IMG/VR virus record: IMGVR_UViG_3300020202_000001
Span: 160,419-224,418 of that record
DNA length: 64,000 nucleotides
Reading direction: 5' to 3' (one strand)
Shown here piece after piece: positions 62,920 through 64,000 of the stretch. The notes under the pieces were generated by a model that had not been told where the DNA came from, did no database searches, and saw nothing but the letters and a program-made list of their open reading frames with translations. A program made the position numbers and the translations under genes. Position 1 is the stretch's first letter. Each line of letters opens with the position of its first letter.

Positions 62920-63575
62920 TCGAGTTCTTCGCCGGCGTTCACCTCGTGACCAAGGGCGTCAAGAAGCCGGGCCGGACGCTGACCCCGCGGATCAACGCCG
63001 ACGTCGGCGAGTGGTCGAGCCCCCGAGCCTTCGTCGACCAGGTCGGCGAGATGTGCGGGGCCGTGGTCGCCGAGGTCCACGCCAAGATGCAGCACGTCGC
63101 CCAGACGGCCGGCGACAAGGAGTTCCTCCCGTTCACGGCCGAGCCGTTCATCTACTTCGTGTTCGGCGGCCGCCCGCTGACGTTCCGGTCGTGGACGCCG
63201 ACGTCGTTCATCGACCCGCGCGCCGACTTGGAGGCCGGGCTCGAAGGCGGGCACCTGCTCGTGCTCCGCAAGCGGTTCGGAGCCCTGCTCGGCGAGCTGC
63301 ACGAGGAGATCCGCAAGGCGGGCGGCCTGCAGTTCATGTGCCCGACGATCCGCAACGACGGCATGGGCATCCCGGTGCCGGTCACCAACCTGCCCCGCGC
63401 CGTGTCCGTGCCGTTCGCCACGCACCCGACCGCCCTGTACATGAAGCCGAGGGACAAGCATGAAGACCAGACTGGCGATCCTGCGGGAGTACCGGCGGGC
63501 GAACCTGGCGGTGGCGCAGAGCAGCCTGCGGCTCCGGGGCCTGCGGCTCCGGGGCCTGCGGCTCCTGTCGCCTGA
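62910..63575 (+). CDS. hypothetical protein
   Basis: 221 aa, strong RBS, high GC3. Confidence 0.75.
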   Translation: MWMIEFFAGVHLVTKGVKKPGRTLTPRINADVGEWSSPRAFVDQVGEMCGAVVAEVHAKMQHVAQTAGDKEFLPFTAEPFIYFVFGGRPLTFRSWTPTSFIDPRADLEAGLEGGHLLVLRKRFGALLGELHEEIRKAGGLQFMCPTIRNDGMGIPVPVTNLPRAVSVPFATHPTALYMKPRDKHEDQTGDPAGVPAGEPGGGAEQPAAPGPAAPGPAAPVA

Positions 63576-63789
63576 CGCCAAGCAGCAGCTCGAACGTCAC
63601 GCCCAGCTCCAGGCGATCCAACAGTCGCTCGCCTGGGTGCTGGGGGACAACGCGATGGCCCCACTGAGGTCCCTATGCAGCCACAGCTCGTCCCAGCCGA
63701 CCGGAGCACCGTCAGGGCGAACCCGCACGCCGGCCGCACCGCGTACCCGATCGCCGGCCGCCCGCGGACGCACCAGATCGGGGACATGA
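63460..63789 (+). CDS. hypothetical protein overlapping both neighbours
   Basis: high GC3 for about 70 codons from ATG 63460. Confidence 0.5.
   Translation: MKTRLAILREYRRANLAVAQSSLRLRGLRLRGLRLLSPDAKQQLERHAQLQAIQQSLAWVLGDNAMAPLRSLCSHSSSQPTGAPSGRTRTPAAPRTRSPAARGRTRSGT
63525..63565. repeat. 15-bp tandem repeat (about 2.7 copies)
   Basis: cctgcggctccgggg twice plus cctgcggctcc. Confidence 0.9.
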
Positions 63790-64000
63790 CGCTGGTCGTC
63801 AACGAGATCCAGTACGTCTACAGCCTCTCCCCGGAGCCGGCGTACTTCTACGAGCACGTCCCGACCCGGCTGGCGTGCGGGTGCGAGGTCGGGCCGCTGC
63901 ACACGGACGTCGAGCACGACGAGGTGGGCGACGGGGAGGGCGGCGAGATCCCGATCGTCGTCTGCCCCGTGTGCCGCGAGGTCGTGGCGTTTACACTGGA
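63675..64000 (+). CDS. hypothetical protein, truncated by the window end
   Basis: RBS gaggt, ATG 63675, open to the end; CGC and CPVC motifs. Confidence 0.6.
   Translation, partial: MQPQLVPADRSTVRANPHAGRTAYPIAGRPRTHQIGDMTLVVNEIQYVYSLSPEPAYFYEHVPTRLACGCEVGPLHTDVEHDEVGDGEGGEIPIVVCPVCREVVAFTL

Noticed and set aside
1-64000. Stop-codon reassignment or alternative genetic code
   Set aside because: TGA, TAG and TAA all end motif-complete genes, and coding density is high under code 11
1-64000. tRNA, rRNA, integrase or att sites
   Set aside because: No cloverleaf or T-loop signature, rRNA-like tract or recombinase motif was recognised by eye

Overview
This 64 kb window looks like a fragment of a large, GC-rich (about 68-70% by eye) tailed dsDNA phage genome, probably jumbo-sized. 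About 70 credible CDS are densely packed, and all lie on the + strand; the long minus-strand ORFs are GC3 shadow frames. The left half (about 0.6-35 kb) covers replication, recombination and nucleotide metabolism: SbcC/Rad50, SF2 helicase, DnaB-like helicase, DnaG-type primase, a UDG-fused family A DNA polymerase, Tmk, an SSB-like protein with a very long acidic tail, RecA-like, ThyX, DEDD exonuclease, GroES, RuvC-like resolvase and an orphan DNA methyltransferase. The right half holds a probable portal, many glycosyltransferases and methyltransferases, a tubulin/FtsZ-family GTPase, a lone response regulator, large low-complexity proteins punctuated by K-x-A motifs, and a Topo VI-A/Spo11-like protein. 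No tRNA, rRNA, CRISPR array, integrase, terminase or major capsid protein was recognised. The best novelty candidates are: (1) a cassette at 2.8-4.5 kb with a catalytically dead-looking IS110/Tas (Nop-domain) protein, a stand-alone Cas7-like RAMP and a candidate antisense small RNA; (2) a 24-bp palindrome (consensus GATCTCAAAACCGGTTTTGAGATC) seen 11 times at 3.5-9.2 kb spacing, together with a ParB-type DNA-binding protein and the tubulin; (3) a candidate structured ncRNA of about 280 nt at 57.4 kb; (4) putative K-x-A-processed virion polyproteins flanking a caspase-fold-like lipoprotein. All family calls come from motif recognition by eye, with no database searches, and the host is not determinable.
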